From assembly GCF_018977255.1 (NCBI RefSeq), contig NW_024704742.1, positions 28,212,001-28,276,000 of the forward strand: 64,000 bases of DNA. The letters are read 5' to 3'. The DNA is from Callorhinchus milii (Eukaryota). Under the pieces are notes generated by a model. It was not told where the DNA came from. It made no database searches and was given only the letters and a program-made list of their open reading frames with translations. Both the position numbers and the translations under genes were made by a program. Positions 1-13,190 of this stretch are shown here, in pieces. How positions within the stretch are numbered: position 1 is the first letter of the stretch; the number at the start of each line of letters is the position of its first letter.

Positions 1-95
1 TACCTCGCCCACTCCCTTTGCCTCCTTCAAGGCCATTTTGAGCACCTTGGGACATCCTCCCAATGTGAAAAATGCTGTATGAATGTTGTTGTTGT
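1..95 (+). mobile_element. L2 LINE 3' end fragment
   Basis: gcaccttgggacatcctcccaatgtgaaa...gttgttgttg, matching the tail of the L2 copy at 51549-51608. Confidence 0.7.
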
Positions 96-1042
96 GGTCG
101 GCTTGAACATATCCAGGTCTGCAGATACTATCCATCTTCTACTTAGAAACTGTCTAAGCATTCTTTTAAAATTGTGTTTATTCAGTATTCATTATCCGAG
201 ATATTGCTGGTGTCAAGATATGCCCTTTGCTTGTATATCATGGCAGAAACATGATCAGTTCTAATTTTAGCCCAGCTATATCAGCTATACTTTTTTAATG
301 TGTAAGAACAGCTGCTTTTCTCTATGGAAATATGAAGACCATCGCTCATGCTGAACAACATGTATTTATTCATCATTGTCCTACAAAGGGATGCGAGTCA
401 CCCAGGAAATTATTGAACAAGCAGCGGCTCATACTTATTTCGCAAGCTGACTTTCAGCTAAAATGTAACACTTTACACAATTATTACTTTGTATTATGTC
501 CTTTGTGAAGGCTCAGTTGAATAATCCACTAAAACCCTTTTCTTCAAACCAAATCCAATAAAGATGTGACACGAGGATAAAACTCTATTCCTTTTTAAAA
601 AAATCAGGACTTTTAAGCATTTTTTTTTCAACATCAAATTACTTTGAGTAACCCGTTCTCTGAGATATTATCCTGGGTGAAGGGCACTATGCAGATGCTT
701 TTGTTGTATCAAATGTCCTTCAGGTTAAGTGCTGACCAGTTCACCATTTTCCCCTTGCATTATATTATCTCTGTGGCATGCAGTATTCTTACCATCTGCC
801 TGTCTACCTTATCTTTGATCCATGAGTGCATAAATTGACCAAAGCTGTGAGCCCATTGAAGACAAAAAAATGAGAAGGAGCAAAACCCCAGCGGCATGAG
901 GAGGAACTGAGTGAGGTGGAACAGAGTGAGAATTCTGTTAAGGAATTTAGTGAGAATGGGAATTTGGTGCAGAGGGTGAAAGAGGTGCATAATTATAAAA
1001 TATATAAGTTATATTAAAACAAAATAAAACATGTTTGTGAAT

Positions 1043-1940
1043 ATGGCAGAAGAGCTGAGACTGGTTGCATGCACTATGTGTGCCATGTGGGAACTCTAGG
1101 ATGCTTTGTGTGCTCTGGGCAGACACATGTATAGGAAGTGCCTCTGGCTGCTCCAGCTTGAGCTCAGAGTTTCTGAGCTCGAGGAGAGGTTGGTGTCATT
1201 GCATAACAGGAGGCTGAAGAGTTCATGGATCAAACATTTCAGGAGGTGGTCACCCCACAGCCACAGAGGGTTCAGATGGAGAGTGAGTGAGTGACTACCT
1301 GGCATGGTAGGAAAAGGGAACGGGCAATGCAGAAATCCCCTGAGAGTATGGCACTCACAAACCCATTCTCAGTACTGAATACCGGTCAGGGAGATGACAA
1401 CTTAGGGGAGGGGAGTCAAAAGCAAATGGATGCACAGGGGGACCCAGGGAAGAATGTCAATGCAATTGTCATTGGGGACACAATGGTGAAAGAAGTAGAC
1501 AGGCATTTCTGCAACCAAAGACTCTCACATGGTATGTTGCCTCCCTGGTGCCAGGGTTGAAGACATCATGGAACGGGTGCAAAACGTTCTACAGGGGGAA
1601 GGGGAACATCCAGCAGTCGTGGTCCATGTTGGGATCCATGACGTAGGGAAAAAAAGGGCTGAGATCCTACAGGGAGAGTATCAGAAGGTAGGGAAAAAGC
1701 TAGAGTAGGACCTCAAAAGTGGTGATCTCTGGATTACTCCCAGTGCCTCGTAAATGTGAGTATCAAAACAGCAGGATCAAACATATGAATGCATGGCTTG
1801 AGAAGTGGTTCCTGAATCATTGGGACCAGTTCTGGGGCAGGTGGGACCTGTACAAGGTGGATGGGTTACACCTGAACAGGGCTGGGACCAACGTCCTTGC
1901 AGAGAGATTAACTTGTGCTGTAGGGAAGGGTTTAAATTGA
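1043..1940 (+). pseudogene. CR1 ORF1 remnant: zinc-finger/leucine zipper plus SGNH/GDSL esterase domain
   Basis: MAEELRLVACTMCAMWE..., LQLELRVSELEERL, VIGDTMVK, CLPGARV, VVVHVG, VISGLLPVPR, DGLHLNRAG. Broken by stops and frameshifts. Confidence 0.85.
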
Positions 1941-2088
1941 TTTTGAGGGGGGAAGGGAATCAGGATGTAGCATTTGAGAGAATAAACAAGTTACATAGTG
2001 GGCTGGGAAAGACAAATAGATAGCAATGTAATACAGAGTAATACAGTAAAAGGAGGGATTAGATAGAAGAGAACAGACTAAGTCAGTC

Positions 2089-4810
2089 TTGGAGTGGGCG
2101 TGCCTAAATGCACGGAGTGTGACAAATAAGATTGGTGAGCTGCAGGCTCAAGTTGCCACATGGGGTTATGATGTAGTGGCAATAAAGGAGACCTGGCTCA
2201 AACAAGGGCAAGAATGGAAGATGAATATTCCTACCTGCAATGTATTCAGGAGGGATAGGGAAGAAAACAAAGGAGGGGTGTGGGATTGGCAATATTGATC
2301 AACGATACGGTAATGGCCCTGGAAAGAGACGATGTGCTAGAGGGTCCAAAAGCAGAATCTATTTGGTTAGAGTTAAGGAGCAAAAAAAGAACTGTTACTC
2401 TATTAGGTTTATACTCTAGACCACCAAATAGTGGGAAGGAGATAGACGAGCAATTCTGCAAGCAGATTTCAGAAAGATGCAAAACCAATAGATTAGTGAT
2501 AATCGGGAATTTCAATTATCCTAACATAGACTGGCAAAATAACAGTGTAAAGGGCAAGGAGGGGGAAGGATTCCTGAAATGTGTGCAGGATACCTTTCTG
2601 GATCAGTATGTTTCCAGTCCAACGAGGAAGGAAACAGTGCTGGATCTCGTTCTGGGAATGAAGTGGGGCAAGTGAATCAGGTTTCAGTAGGAGAGCATCT
2701 GGACAACAGTGATCACAAAAACATTAGGTTTAGAGTACTTATGGAAGGGGACAAGGAGCAATCAATGATGAATATACTCAACTAATTTCAATGAGTTGAA
2801 AAGGGACCTAGCCAAGTTGAACTGGAAAGAAAGATTGGCAAGTGGAGCATCCAACGAGCAATGGGAAGCCTTCGAGGAGGAGATAGTTTGAGAACAGAAC
2901 AAATACATTCCTACAAAGGGGAAAGGTAGGGTATCCAAACCTCCCTGAATGAATAAGTAAATTGGGATTGAAATAAAACAGAAAAAGGAGGCTTATGATA
3001 AATGTCAGGTCCAAAATACAAACGATAATCAACTAGAATATAGAAAGTACAGAGGAGAACTGAAAAAGGAAATAAGAGGGACAAAGAGATTGTATGAGAA
3101 AAAATTAGCGGGTAACATAAAAGGGAACCCTAAGATGTTTTATAAGCATATAAAGACTAAAAGGTTGGTCAAAAGATGGCTCCAAGTAGGGACCAAAGAT
3201 GAAATCTTCTTGTGGAGGCTGAGGGCATGGCTGATGTACTGAATGAGTACTTTGCATCTGTCTTCACAAAAGAAAAGGATGCAGCCAATTCTGCAGTATC
3301 GGAGGAGAAGGTAGAGAAATTGATTAAGATAGGAATAAACTGAGAGGAGGTACTAAAGAGGTTGTTGGTACTCAAGGTAGATAAGTCACCCGGTCTGGAC
3401 GGTCTGCATCCTAGGTTGCTGAGGGAAGTAAGAGTGGAAATAACGGAGGCTCTTGACACAATCTTTTAATCCTCCTTGGACACTGGGGTGGTGCCAGAGG
3501 ACTGTAGGGTTGCAAATGTTACTCCCCTGTACAAAAAGGAGCCGAAGGATAAACCCAGGAATTACAGGCCAGTCAGCCTAACGTCAATAGTGGGGAAACT
3601 TCTAGAGACTATAATCCAGGACAAAATAAATTTTCACTTAGAAAAGTATGGATTAATAAAAGGCAGCCAAGACGGATTTGTTAAAGGCAAATCAAGTCTA
3701 ACAAACCTGATAGAGTTTTTTGATGAAGTAACGGAGAAGGCGGATGAAGGTAGTGCAGTTAACGTAGTTTATATGGATTTTCAAAAGGCGTTTGTTAAAG
3801 TTTCATGTAAGAGACTTGTAAGCAAAATAGAATCCCATGGTATTAAAGGGACAGTGGAAGCATGGATACAGAACTCTCTGAGAGACAGAAAGCAGAGAGT
3901 CGTGGTCAATGGTTGTTTTTCTGACTGGAAGGAAGTGTGCCTCGGTGTCCCCAGGGGTTTTTGATCTATATGAGTGACCTGGACTTGGGGGCAGGGAGTA
4001 CAATTTCCAAGTTTGCAGGTGATACCAATCTAGGAAAAGGTGTAAACAGTGAGAAAGATAGTAGCAGACTGCAAGAGGACATAGACAGACTGGTGAAATG
4101 AGCAGACACGTGGCAGATGAAGTTGAATGTGAAGAAATGCAAAGTGATGGATTTTGGGAGGAAGAATGAGGAGAGGCAATATAAGCTGATGGTACAATCT
4201 TAAAGGGGGAGAAGGAACAGAGAGACCTGGGGGTTTGTATAAGTAAATCTTTGAATGTGGCAGAACAGGTAGATAAAGCTGTTAAAAAAGCATACGGGAT
4301 ACTAAGCTTTATAAATAGGGGCATAGAATACAAAAGTCAGGAAGTTATGATAAACTTTCATAAAACACTGGTTCGTCCTCAGCTAGAGTACTGTGTTCAA
4401 TTCCAGGCACCACACTTTAGGAAGGATGTCAAGGCTTTGGAGAGGGTGCAAAAGGAGATTTACCAGGATGGTACCAGGAATGAGGGACTTCAGTTATCAG
4501 GATAGGCTCGAGAAGCTAGGATTATTCTCATTGGAACAGAGAAGGTTAAGAGGAGACTTAATAGAAGTTTCCAAAATGATGAGGGGATTCGATAGGGTGA
4601 ACAAGGTGAAACTATTTCCACTGGCTGGTGGGTCGGTAACCTGAGGACACCGATTTAAAATAGTTGTTAAAAGAAACAGAAAGGAGGAGAAATTTTTTCA
4701 CACAGCGAGTTGTTCAGATCTCGAATAGAATGCCTCAATCAAATTGCTGATTCGATAACCACTTTTGAGAGAGAAGTAGATAATTATTTGGGGACGACAA
4801 GTTTGCAGGG
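2089..4810 (+). pseudogene. CR1 ORF2 remnant (endonuclease + reverse transcriptase)
   Basis: Colinear ORF pieces at 2089, 2280, 2579, 3476, 4251 and 4393, separated by multiple frameshifts and stops. Confidence 0.9.
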
Positions 4811-5040
4811 CTATGGGGAGAGTGGGGGAATGAGATTGAATTGGATAACTCCTTTCAAAGAGCCAACACAGACATGATGGGCTGAATGGCCTCCTTCTGT
4901 GTTGTATAATTCTTTGCTGCTATGATGGTCAGTCATCTCACCCTGCCCTGTTCATTACCTACAAACACAGTTACTAAACCTGACTCTAATTCATGTAAAA
5001 TGCTTTGAGACGTTTTGAGATTATAAGTATTTATAAGTAG

Positions 5041-5475
5041 TATCAGCTTGATTCAGTTGGTAGCATTTTTGCCTCAGAGTCAGAAAGTTATGGGTTCAAG
5101 CACCACTTCGAGACTTTGAGCTCAGTCTTGGCTAACACTCCAGGGTAATGTTGGGGGCTTTTGTCCTGTTGGAGGTGCCATCCTTCGGATGGGATATTAA
5201 ACCGAAGTACTATCTGTCTGTTCAGGTGGAAAATAAAGATCCATTAGCACTATTCAATAGAGAAAGTAGTTTCTCCTGGTGTCCTGGCTGACAATCCTCC
5301 AGATCACAATATAATTATTGAATTGATGGCTTTGTGAGACATTGCTGTGTGCAAATTGGCTGTTGAATTTGCTTACAAAATACACAGTTACTGCATCATA
5401 CAATACATTCTGTGAAGCCCTTTGAGGCATTTCAATGACATGATAAAGTTCTACATCAAATGCAAGAATTATTTT
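5041..5475 (+). mobile_element. tRNA-derived DeuSINE (family A, SacSINE1-like)
   Basis: Head cagcttgattcagttggtagca...gggttcaagc. Deu core ggaggtgccatccttcggatg...ttaaaccga...ttcaggtgga...aaagatcc. L2-like tail with (ATT)n. Confidence 0.8.
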
Positions 5476-5551
5476 ATTTGCACTTTCTGTACAAATCATG
5501 CTATTGCAATAGAGAGTCTGAAACAGTAAAGTGATTTTTATTTCAAAGGAA

Positions 5552-5614
5552 TGGGTGACGTCCTCCCGACGTGAAAGGCGCTCTATAAATGGAATCTTGT
5601 TGTTGTTGTTGTTG
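5552..5614 (+). mobile_element. L2 extreme 3' tail
   Basis: gacgtcctcccgacgtgaaaggcgctctataaatggaatc(ttg)n, nearly identical to 51558-51608. Confidence 0.8.
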
Positions 5615-7158
5615 TGAAGGTGTTTTTTTTAAAAAAGACAGGACATGGCCCAGCAATATCTCACATCTCAAACTTTGAGAGATATTTGAATCTTGTATAT
5701 TTTTTATTTTTATCATAGGCAGGAAATGATCAGTCTAGTTCTTAAAACTATCCGATTTAGTTTTCAGGATTATGTCAATCACCTTGAGTGTTTATTCATT
5801 TTAATTTGAAGGCTACTCTATGGTGAACTGCTGGTTAATAGATGTACATACACCAGAGGCAATGATCCTTCCTATGTGAAGATTGTGTTCTGAATATTAA
5901 TTTGTTGAAGAGAAAATCTGACCATTGCGGAATTGGAAACAAGTTTAGTAGCATAACTGATCTCATCTATACGCAACTTGGCTTCATAGGTAAGGACATA
6001 ACTACACTTCTCAGAGGAGCAATACTGCTGTCTGAGATTCTGATTTCAGTATCCTGATAAACTTAGCCTTGTAGTTCAATGCTTCATCGGATTCATCCTA
6101 AATTCTATTCTGACTGACAGAATTTCTTACCCTCCCATGGTTGATTAAGAATAAGTCAGATCCATAAATGAAGGACTCCCAGTCTCAATTTCAAACCAAT
6201 GGGTGACTCGATGCTCTTACCTTCGGAGTCAAATGATCTCTTTCACCTCTCTGGAGAGAGAAATATGAACAGAATCAATTTAGAAGAAAAATGGACTGAA
6301 ACAACTTCACAAACTGCAGATTGACTCTGCCCAACTGGAAACTTGCAGTGCTTGCCAGAGGATATACTAAATTCTTACCCAGGTAGAGTCGTGAATGGTC
6401 TATTTTATTTTACAATGTCGAGTTCTTCAATAAAAGCATTAAAGCTTTTTATCAATCTCGGTTTATTAATTAATAACTGTTGAATATTAACCGTGGCTCC
6501 TCTTAGATGCCTAACAGATTAATAGGCAAACTTATTATTTTAAAATTGACTTAAACTCTTCAGATGCCAGCAAACCTCTCAAACATGCCAGACTATCTTT
6601 ATTGCATTCCATTGTTTAAGAACAATACTGGAAGACTGTTCAAAACTCTAAAAGGCAAGTAATTGAACCCTGCATATTCCTAGATGAATACGCAATAGCT
6701 TCTCTCCCATACTGGCTTAGTCATGATCAGACATTGCACAGTTCAATATGCATACCAGCCAGGAGAATTGCCAGCATTTCCCTTATCTGTGCAAAAATGA
6801 AAGGATCCTTTTATTCATTAATTCGTATGGGCCTATTTGTTTTAGAATTCTGATTTAAAATGCTTGCTAAGATCTACCTCAGAGGCTTGACGAGATTTTA
6901 GGATTATTGGTATACTCCAAAGAAGCCTCCTTTCTTTGTTTCTGACACGGTATTGACGATTTGGGGAGGCAGCTGAAAACTAATCACTTTGGCTCCTGTA
7001 ATTCTCAGTCATGTGATATTGAGTTCAGAACGAAGTGTTTGGAAGGGCATAATAGGAATCTTCTTTGAGCTGCCATAAGAAGTGAATGCTAAAAGGGAAA
7101 CTGTCAGCAAATGGAATTCCCATCACCTCCTATATAATTTGACAAACAATAATAATAT

Positions 7159-7545
7159 GTGGAGTCCTGTAGCTCAGTGGTTAGAGCACTCACCTCTCAA
7201 GTGAGAGACCTGTGTTTGATTCCCGGCAGGGCAAAATGTTGGGTAAGTTTCCTTACTCCACATGCTTCTGTTTACCTAGCAGTGAATAGGAACCCGGTTG
7301 TTAGTCGATTGGCTTTTTCGGGGGTAATAATTCCTTCAAAAATATAATAATAATAAATTGGTCACTTCACGATCCACGACTGTTTGTGGGACACTGCTAT
7401 GTGCAATTGGCTGCCGCGTTTCGCCCACAAAATATACAGTCACTTCACTTTACAGTATATTCTATGAAGTGCTTTGAGATGTCTCAAAGACGTGATAAGG
7501 TGCGATATCAAATGCAAGGATGATGATTAAGATGATTATTATTGT
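7159..7545 (+). mobile_element. tRNA-derived SINE family B (CORE-like box + Deu 3' part + L2-like tail)
   Basis: A box gtagctcagtggttagagc, B box gtttgattccc. Body and tail recur in at least 7 copies in the window. Confidence 0.85.
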
Positions 7546-7715
7546 TAATAATCTTCACATTTGACACAGCGCCTTATCAAGACGTTAAAACATCTCGTTT
7601 TACAGGATATAATGTGAAGTGTCGTGACTGTGTGTTTCCAGGTGAATGTGGTAGCCAATTTATAGCCAGCAATGTCCCACAAACAGCCATGAAGGGAATG
7701 ATCTATTTTACTGGG
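7546..7715 (-). mobile_element. SINE 3' half, inverted, tail-to-tail with the previous copy
   Basis: aataatcttcacatttgacacagcgccttatc...gtagccaattt...aatgtcccacaaacagcc is the reverse complement of the SINE tail. Confidence 0.75.
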
Positions 7716-9633
7716 GAGATAAGGGTTGTGTAAGATCCGGACTGTGCCTGTTTAACCAGGTTCTATTTACGTGGAAATACTAACAGCTTTCTTGTTTGTG
7801 TTTTTGATTAGGCCTCCTTAATGGAGGTTCTTTCACCCTGGTTCACTCCATGACACAATGGTGGAAAAGTTAAGTTGGTTCGGAAGCTTGAAGTCTGAGT
7901 ATTTGTGATGCAACGTTCTTTGGTCCAAATGCAGCTCATTTTTGTCTTTCCTTATTAATCTGGGTTCAACCTCTTCACTACACCAAAAAGAAAAAAACGA
8001 GTCATGCTTCTCTGTGCATCACAAAAGGTCAGAAGCAATTTTCCCATTCCCTGTGACAAAAAAAACAGTTCAACCAGACTAACTTGGAAGGTCTTTTCTT
8101 CATGTGTGACTTAGTCGTGTGCATCTATTCAAACTGTTACAAATGAAAAAGAAAATGCTGGGTCTGTTGAACACGAGATATACGGCCAGAAAGTATGGGT
8201 TTTCATTTGGTTTACTTAGTCTTTTATCCTTCAGAGTTGAATAATATTTCACATATATCTTACTTGGCGATGAGATAAGCAGAACCTCCCTCGGCTGAAC
8301 TGGCTCCGAGGAGATATGACTACCAAAGGCTGGCATTGCTGCAGTAATCCAAGGTGGCCTTAATGGTTAAGCAGTCTGTCTGGATAATCAATGAGACTTG
8401 GAGGTCAAGCCAAAGTGGTCTGTGCTGCTAAGTTCACCATTATCATAAACGTGAGCCAATAACAGTCAAAATATTGTATTTTGCACAATGCGCTGAATTT
8501 GGAACAAGTGCTCGATCAAAAACTTGAGCAAGTAACATTGTGAAAATTTGCAAATATAATACATATAGTACAAAGTTTNAAAAACATACCTCCCATCACT
8601 TTTAGGTTTCAATGTATGGAAGCTAAATATAGTATTTTGTTAAAGTATGAGAAAAAAAAATAATTTTCAGGAAGAAATTATTTGATTATATGAGCCTTGC
8701 AACATCACTAATCCATATCAGCCTCAATCTTCCTTATTGCAAATCTCCCACCTTTATAAATAGCAAAAGGTTACATTGATTTTCACGTGTTAAGATTTTG
8801 TATCACAATCTGGTCAAATCTAAAATTTTCCTTTCTTGTTGTTCAACGTTTGTCTGACATTCGGAAACCCATCAACATGCTGAAGAGTCTCCAAACCAAA
8901 TTATTCATAGTTCCACAAAAACATCACATTTGCATTTCCCTGTGCCTGAAATTGAATTTCGGAGGGGTACAAAATGCTTAGCTCTGTCTAGGAAGTATTG
9001 GGCACCGTTTGGTGAGAGGCAGGTCTGGGGATCATTCACACCTTTGCAAGCAATATCTAGCAAGTTTTCGCTGCTTGTCCAGCTCGCACTACCTTACCCA
9101 TAAGGATTTTTGCTAGCATGGTTAACAGGAGCTGAGTAGGAAGAATCCCTGCCCCAAGTCCGCCTCTCCCAAGTCTTGTCAATCAGCCAGCCTGACTGAT
9201 TTGTCATCAGCAGTGCCCTGAACTTCTCGGGACCCACCTGACTCAGGAGCTGGAGTACTGAGACTGCAACAAAAGCATTGCCTCTATTCTGACAATCCAT
9301 TGCCAAACACGTCACCTTGGAGCCAGCTCAGCCCCAGGGAGACCCAAAAATAATTTATATAAGCAGAACTGACTTGGATTGAACCTGATTATATGTCATA
9401 GTCAATTCAGAGTGTATCATGATTTATCTGAATAACTAAGTATGATTGATATTTGAACAATTGATTTCATACCACCGACAGTCACTGTGTTGACCTTTCT
9501 TCTGTCACATACTGATTGCAAAGTACATTGAAGAATTCTGTATGACTTGTAGCATGATCTCGAAGAGACAGTTTAGAGCATTAAATAAAAGGTTCGGCAG
9601 AGGTGTCAGCTGTTGACTGGATCGAATAAAGAC

Positions 9634-9875
9634 ATCAGCCTGATTCGGTTGGCAGCATTCTCGCCTGTAAATTGGACAATTGTGAATTCAAGCACCATCA
9701 GAACTTTGAGCTCATAGTCCAGACTGACAATCCAATGCTGATGGGGTGCTGCATTATTAGAGGTGATGGTAAACCACGGTCTTATCTGCCTTTTTAGGTG
9801 GATGTTAAATATCCAATTGCTCTATTTGAGAAGAGACGGGAGTTCCTCCTAAAAGCCTGGCCAACAATCCCTCAG
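9634..9875 (+). mobile_element. DeuSINE family A, 5' and core
   Basis: tcagcctgattcggttggcagcattctcgcc...aggtggatgttaaatatcc...ctggccaacaatcc. Confidence 0.7.
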
Positions 9876-9954
9876 ATTAATTGGGGATTAATTTTCCCCT
9901 TGTGAATTATCGTCAACCAAAAAGTGCTGAGTAAGTATTGATGTGCATCTTAAT

Positions 9955-10200
9955 GTAATAATCTTTGCATTTCACATTATCACATCAAAATGTGCTTCAC
10001 AAGACTTTCTTTAAAGCATAGTAACTATTTTGGAGCTGATTGGTAGCCAATTTGCACACAACAATGAATTTAATGACCAATTAGCATCTCACCTGAAATA
10101 CATTTCCCACACAGCAGTGTTCTGTCCCCCCCTCCAATAAAAAAGAGAGCACTGGACTGTCAGCCTGGACAGTAAACTTCAGTTCTGAAGCTTGAACCCA
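9955..10200 (-). mobile_element. Degraded DeuSINE
   Basis: Reverse-complement tail aatatctttgcattt, gtagccaatttgcacaca and gcttgaaccca. Confidence 0.55.
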
Positions 10201-12214
10201 GGGGAAAGTCATACATCCTTGCCATGGCTGCCTACAAGAATATCTTGGCTTTATTTGTGTGCAGGTAGATTGGTGACAACTCAAAACGTAGCTTTTTTTT
10301 AATATCAATTTGATAGAATAGAACTATGAGCCAACTTTACTATTTTAAATTTACAGGATATTAAGGTGACAACTTTTATTCTTTATTGGTCTCCTTGTGC
10401 TGCTGTTTTGTGTGTAAAAGTAGTTTTTAAGCTCTCAAATGCACACACCCAGTCTAACCAATGAACGCTGCCAAGACACTTAATCCTGTAGCAGGTTGAG
10501 CCATTTATCTCGATTTTCATCGCATTAGTTTATTTATTTTACCTCACAAGGGGATGGGTTGAGTTGGTTGGGGATCATATTGTGTATAATGGCTGTGTGG
10601 CCTGGAAGGTGTTAACTAACTATCTTTTATAAATTGTGTGACTATTTCCACTGTTGCTCTAACTAGGTTAGAGCAAAGAATCTGTTAATCTGTTGCTTTA
10701 GTCATGCGGGTACTACCATTAATTGTGATTAACACTGTCTGAGGGTCATATGATAGTGTATTTGCAATGACCTGGTAACAGGCATTGTTACCGATCAATA
10801 ATAGACACGAGGGTTAAATGGGGCAGAGGGCCATTTCTTGGAAAAAGATTTAGAAAAGGTAAGGAAATATGATAAATAATTTAGCTCAGTATTCACTTGA
10901 AACCTTTATTCTCATATAATACTGTGTACTTAATGAGCTTTTGAGAGATGAATAATTTTTATTCATTTTCGAGAATTAATTTACCTTGTACTGTCTGCAT
11001 ATAACAGTGCAAGTGTTTGTCGTGACTGAAAATAAGCTTCAGGTGCTGTTATGATCTAAAGATGAATATTTCATTTTATGAGATAAATTAGTTATCATTT
11101 GAGAGCTGCAGAATAAAAACATGCTTGTGGCTGATACAGTTTCTGTGTTGCGTGTATGCCTGAACTGCGATTATTTTCTGACGGTTTAGAAAGGAGTACT
11201 TTTAAAAATTGATTCTAAATTGATAAACCACATTCTGACTAAGATGTTGCTTTCTTGAGGGCAGAGACATGTTTCATTGCTCATCTCTGAAACCATATTT
11301 CATGCTGCCAAAATCTCAGTAGTTCCAAAACCACTTCTCAGTGTTCTTTTTACCACATCTGAAAATCAAAATAACACCAGACCTCTATAAGAAGCAACTC
11401 ACATTGCCTTAAGCTAATAAGACCTGGCATTAGTCTTACAGATTAAGACAGCTTGATGCACTTTATAAAATTTGCACTTCATCATTGATGCTGAAAATTT
11501 GTTCAAGGAGGCAGCTGGGGCTACGAGCAGATTTTTTTTAAGATCATACAATTGTCCATCTCGTTCATTAACATGAGATTTTTTGGGGCATATTTCAATA
11601 CACACAAAACCTTTTTTGAAAATTACTCTCTTCAAATTACATACTTTAAAACACATAAATTATATTGTCAGCATTAATATGAATATAATACATGGTCAAA
11701 ATATTTAATTATTTTAATGTATATTAGTAATTTTAACAATGTAAACATATTATACTCCTCTCTCGACGCCTGTAAAGCCCACCTTAAGAATTTTATTTTT
11801 GACGAGTTATTTGGTCCATCTTCCTACCTCTAGCTCAGACTCCCCAATGCTTCTGTGGGATATTCCGCCCAATGTGAAAAGCTTTTTTTATATAAATATA
11901 AAATGATTGACGTTGTATACTTTTTTTTGTATATTTATGTTTTGGTGCAGAAATGCTGATGCATTTCTCAAAAGGTTAAACCCAGTCTTTACCAAAGTCA
12001 CTGTGGGGTTCCAACCATTTGGCCTTCAAAATACCTGTCACTAATCTTACAATGAATCAGGTGAAGCTCTTTGAGACATCCTCCTGACATGAAAGGAACT
12101 GTAACAAATGCAGGGATTATTGTTATTATTTTGTTATTATTTTATTGGGCTGTGCTGGTTTGGCGCTCTGGGACACTACATAATAAAGTGCTGAATTGCG
12201 TTCTAGGGAAAACA

Positions 12215-13190
12215 GCAACAACTTGCACTTATTTAGCACCTTGTCTCAGAGCATTAACTGGAGCCTGTTAATGGAGCCTGCCTCCGAGGAGGGAGGAGGT
12301 GGCCGTAAGCACTGTCGAAGAGGAAGCTTTTCAGGGGGGCTTGAAAAAGGGGAGAGAGGGGGCAAGGTGGAGGGAATGAGGGAGAGTGTTCCAGAGGTTC
12401 AGGGGCGTAGTGGCTGAAAGCGCGACCTCTGGTGGGGTGGAGGATGCGAGGGATGAGCAGGAGGCTGGTGCCAGTTGAGCGCCAGGTAGTGGATTGGGGT
12501 GTGAGGGTGTCATAGAGGTAGAGAGGTGCCAGGGAGTGAAAGGATTTGAACACAAATGTGAGGATCTTGAATTCGATCCATTCGGTGATGGGGAGCCAGT
12601 GGCGGATGGCCAGAACTGGTGAGAGGTGGGTGAGGAGTTTGGTCTGGGATAAGCATGCAGGCAGCAGAGTTCTGAACGAGCTGGATCTTTTGAATAGCAG
12701 AGCTGGGGAGACCGGCGAGGAATGTACTTGAGTAATCCAGGCGGGAGGTAACAAACGCATGCACGAGGGTTTCGACTGCATTTGAAGTAAGGTACGGTCG
12801 GAGGCAGGCAAAGTCATGGAGGTGGAAGAAGGCGACCAGAAGTAGGGGAGGAAGGACAGCTGGGATCGAATTGGATGTCTGGATTATGCACTGATTCGGT
12901 GAGTATGAGGGAGAGCCCAGGGAGGTTAAGGAGTTCTGATCCGCAGGAGTGAAAACATTGATGGAAGCCAAGGAGTATGGCTTCCATCTTGTCCATATTC
13001 AGCTGCAGGAAGTTTACATTTATCCAACCCCTGATATCTGCCAGACAAGCTGATAGAACATTGATGGACCTGGAGTTGGTACTGGAGAAGGCAAATTAGA
13101 ATTGTGTGTCATCTGCATACGAGTGGAAGTTTATCCCGTGGCTGCGGATGACATTGCCCAGAGGGAGCATATAGATAAGGAAAAGAAGAT
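12215..13190 (-). mobile_element. 5'-truncated L2 LINE
   Basis: Minus-strand ORFs with ETLVHAFVTSRLDYSS, QLVQNSAA and HWLPITEWIEFKILTFVFKS. Inverted tail aacagcaacaacttgcacttattt. Confidence 0.9.

Larger units (their letters stand above)
836..4925 (+). mobile_element. Near full-length, decayed CR1-clade LINE (5'UTR, ORF1, ORF2, 3' end)
   Basis: ORF fragments with CR1 motifs: LNARS and ETW (APE endonuclease); NYRPVSLTSIVGKLLE, YMDFQKAF and degenerate FAGDT (RT); LVRPQLEYCVQF and LGLFSLEQRRLRGDLIEV (C-terminus). CR1-type 3' end gggctgaatggcctccttctgtg. The 5' boundary is approximate. Confidence 0.93.

Noticed and set aside
7159..7230. tRNA-like sequences here and at 16297, 46162, 58001 and elsewhere
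   Set aside because: They lack a proper acceptor stem and each continues into a SINE body and tail, so they are SINE heads rather than tRNA genes.
8579..8579. Single ambiguous base n
   Set aside because: Assembly ambiguity with no biological meaning evident.
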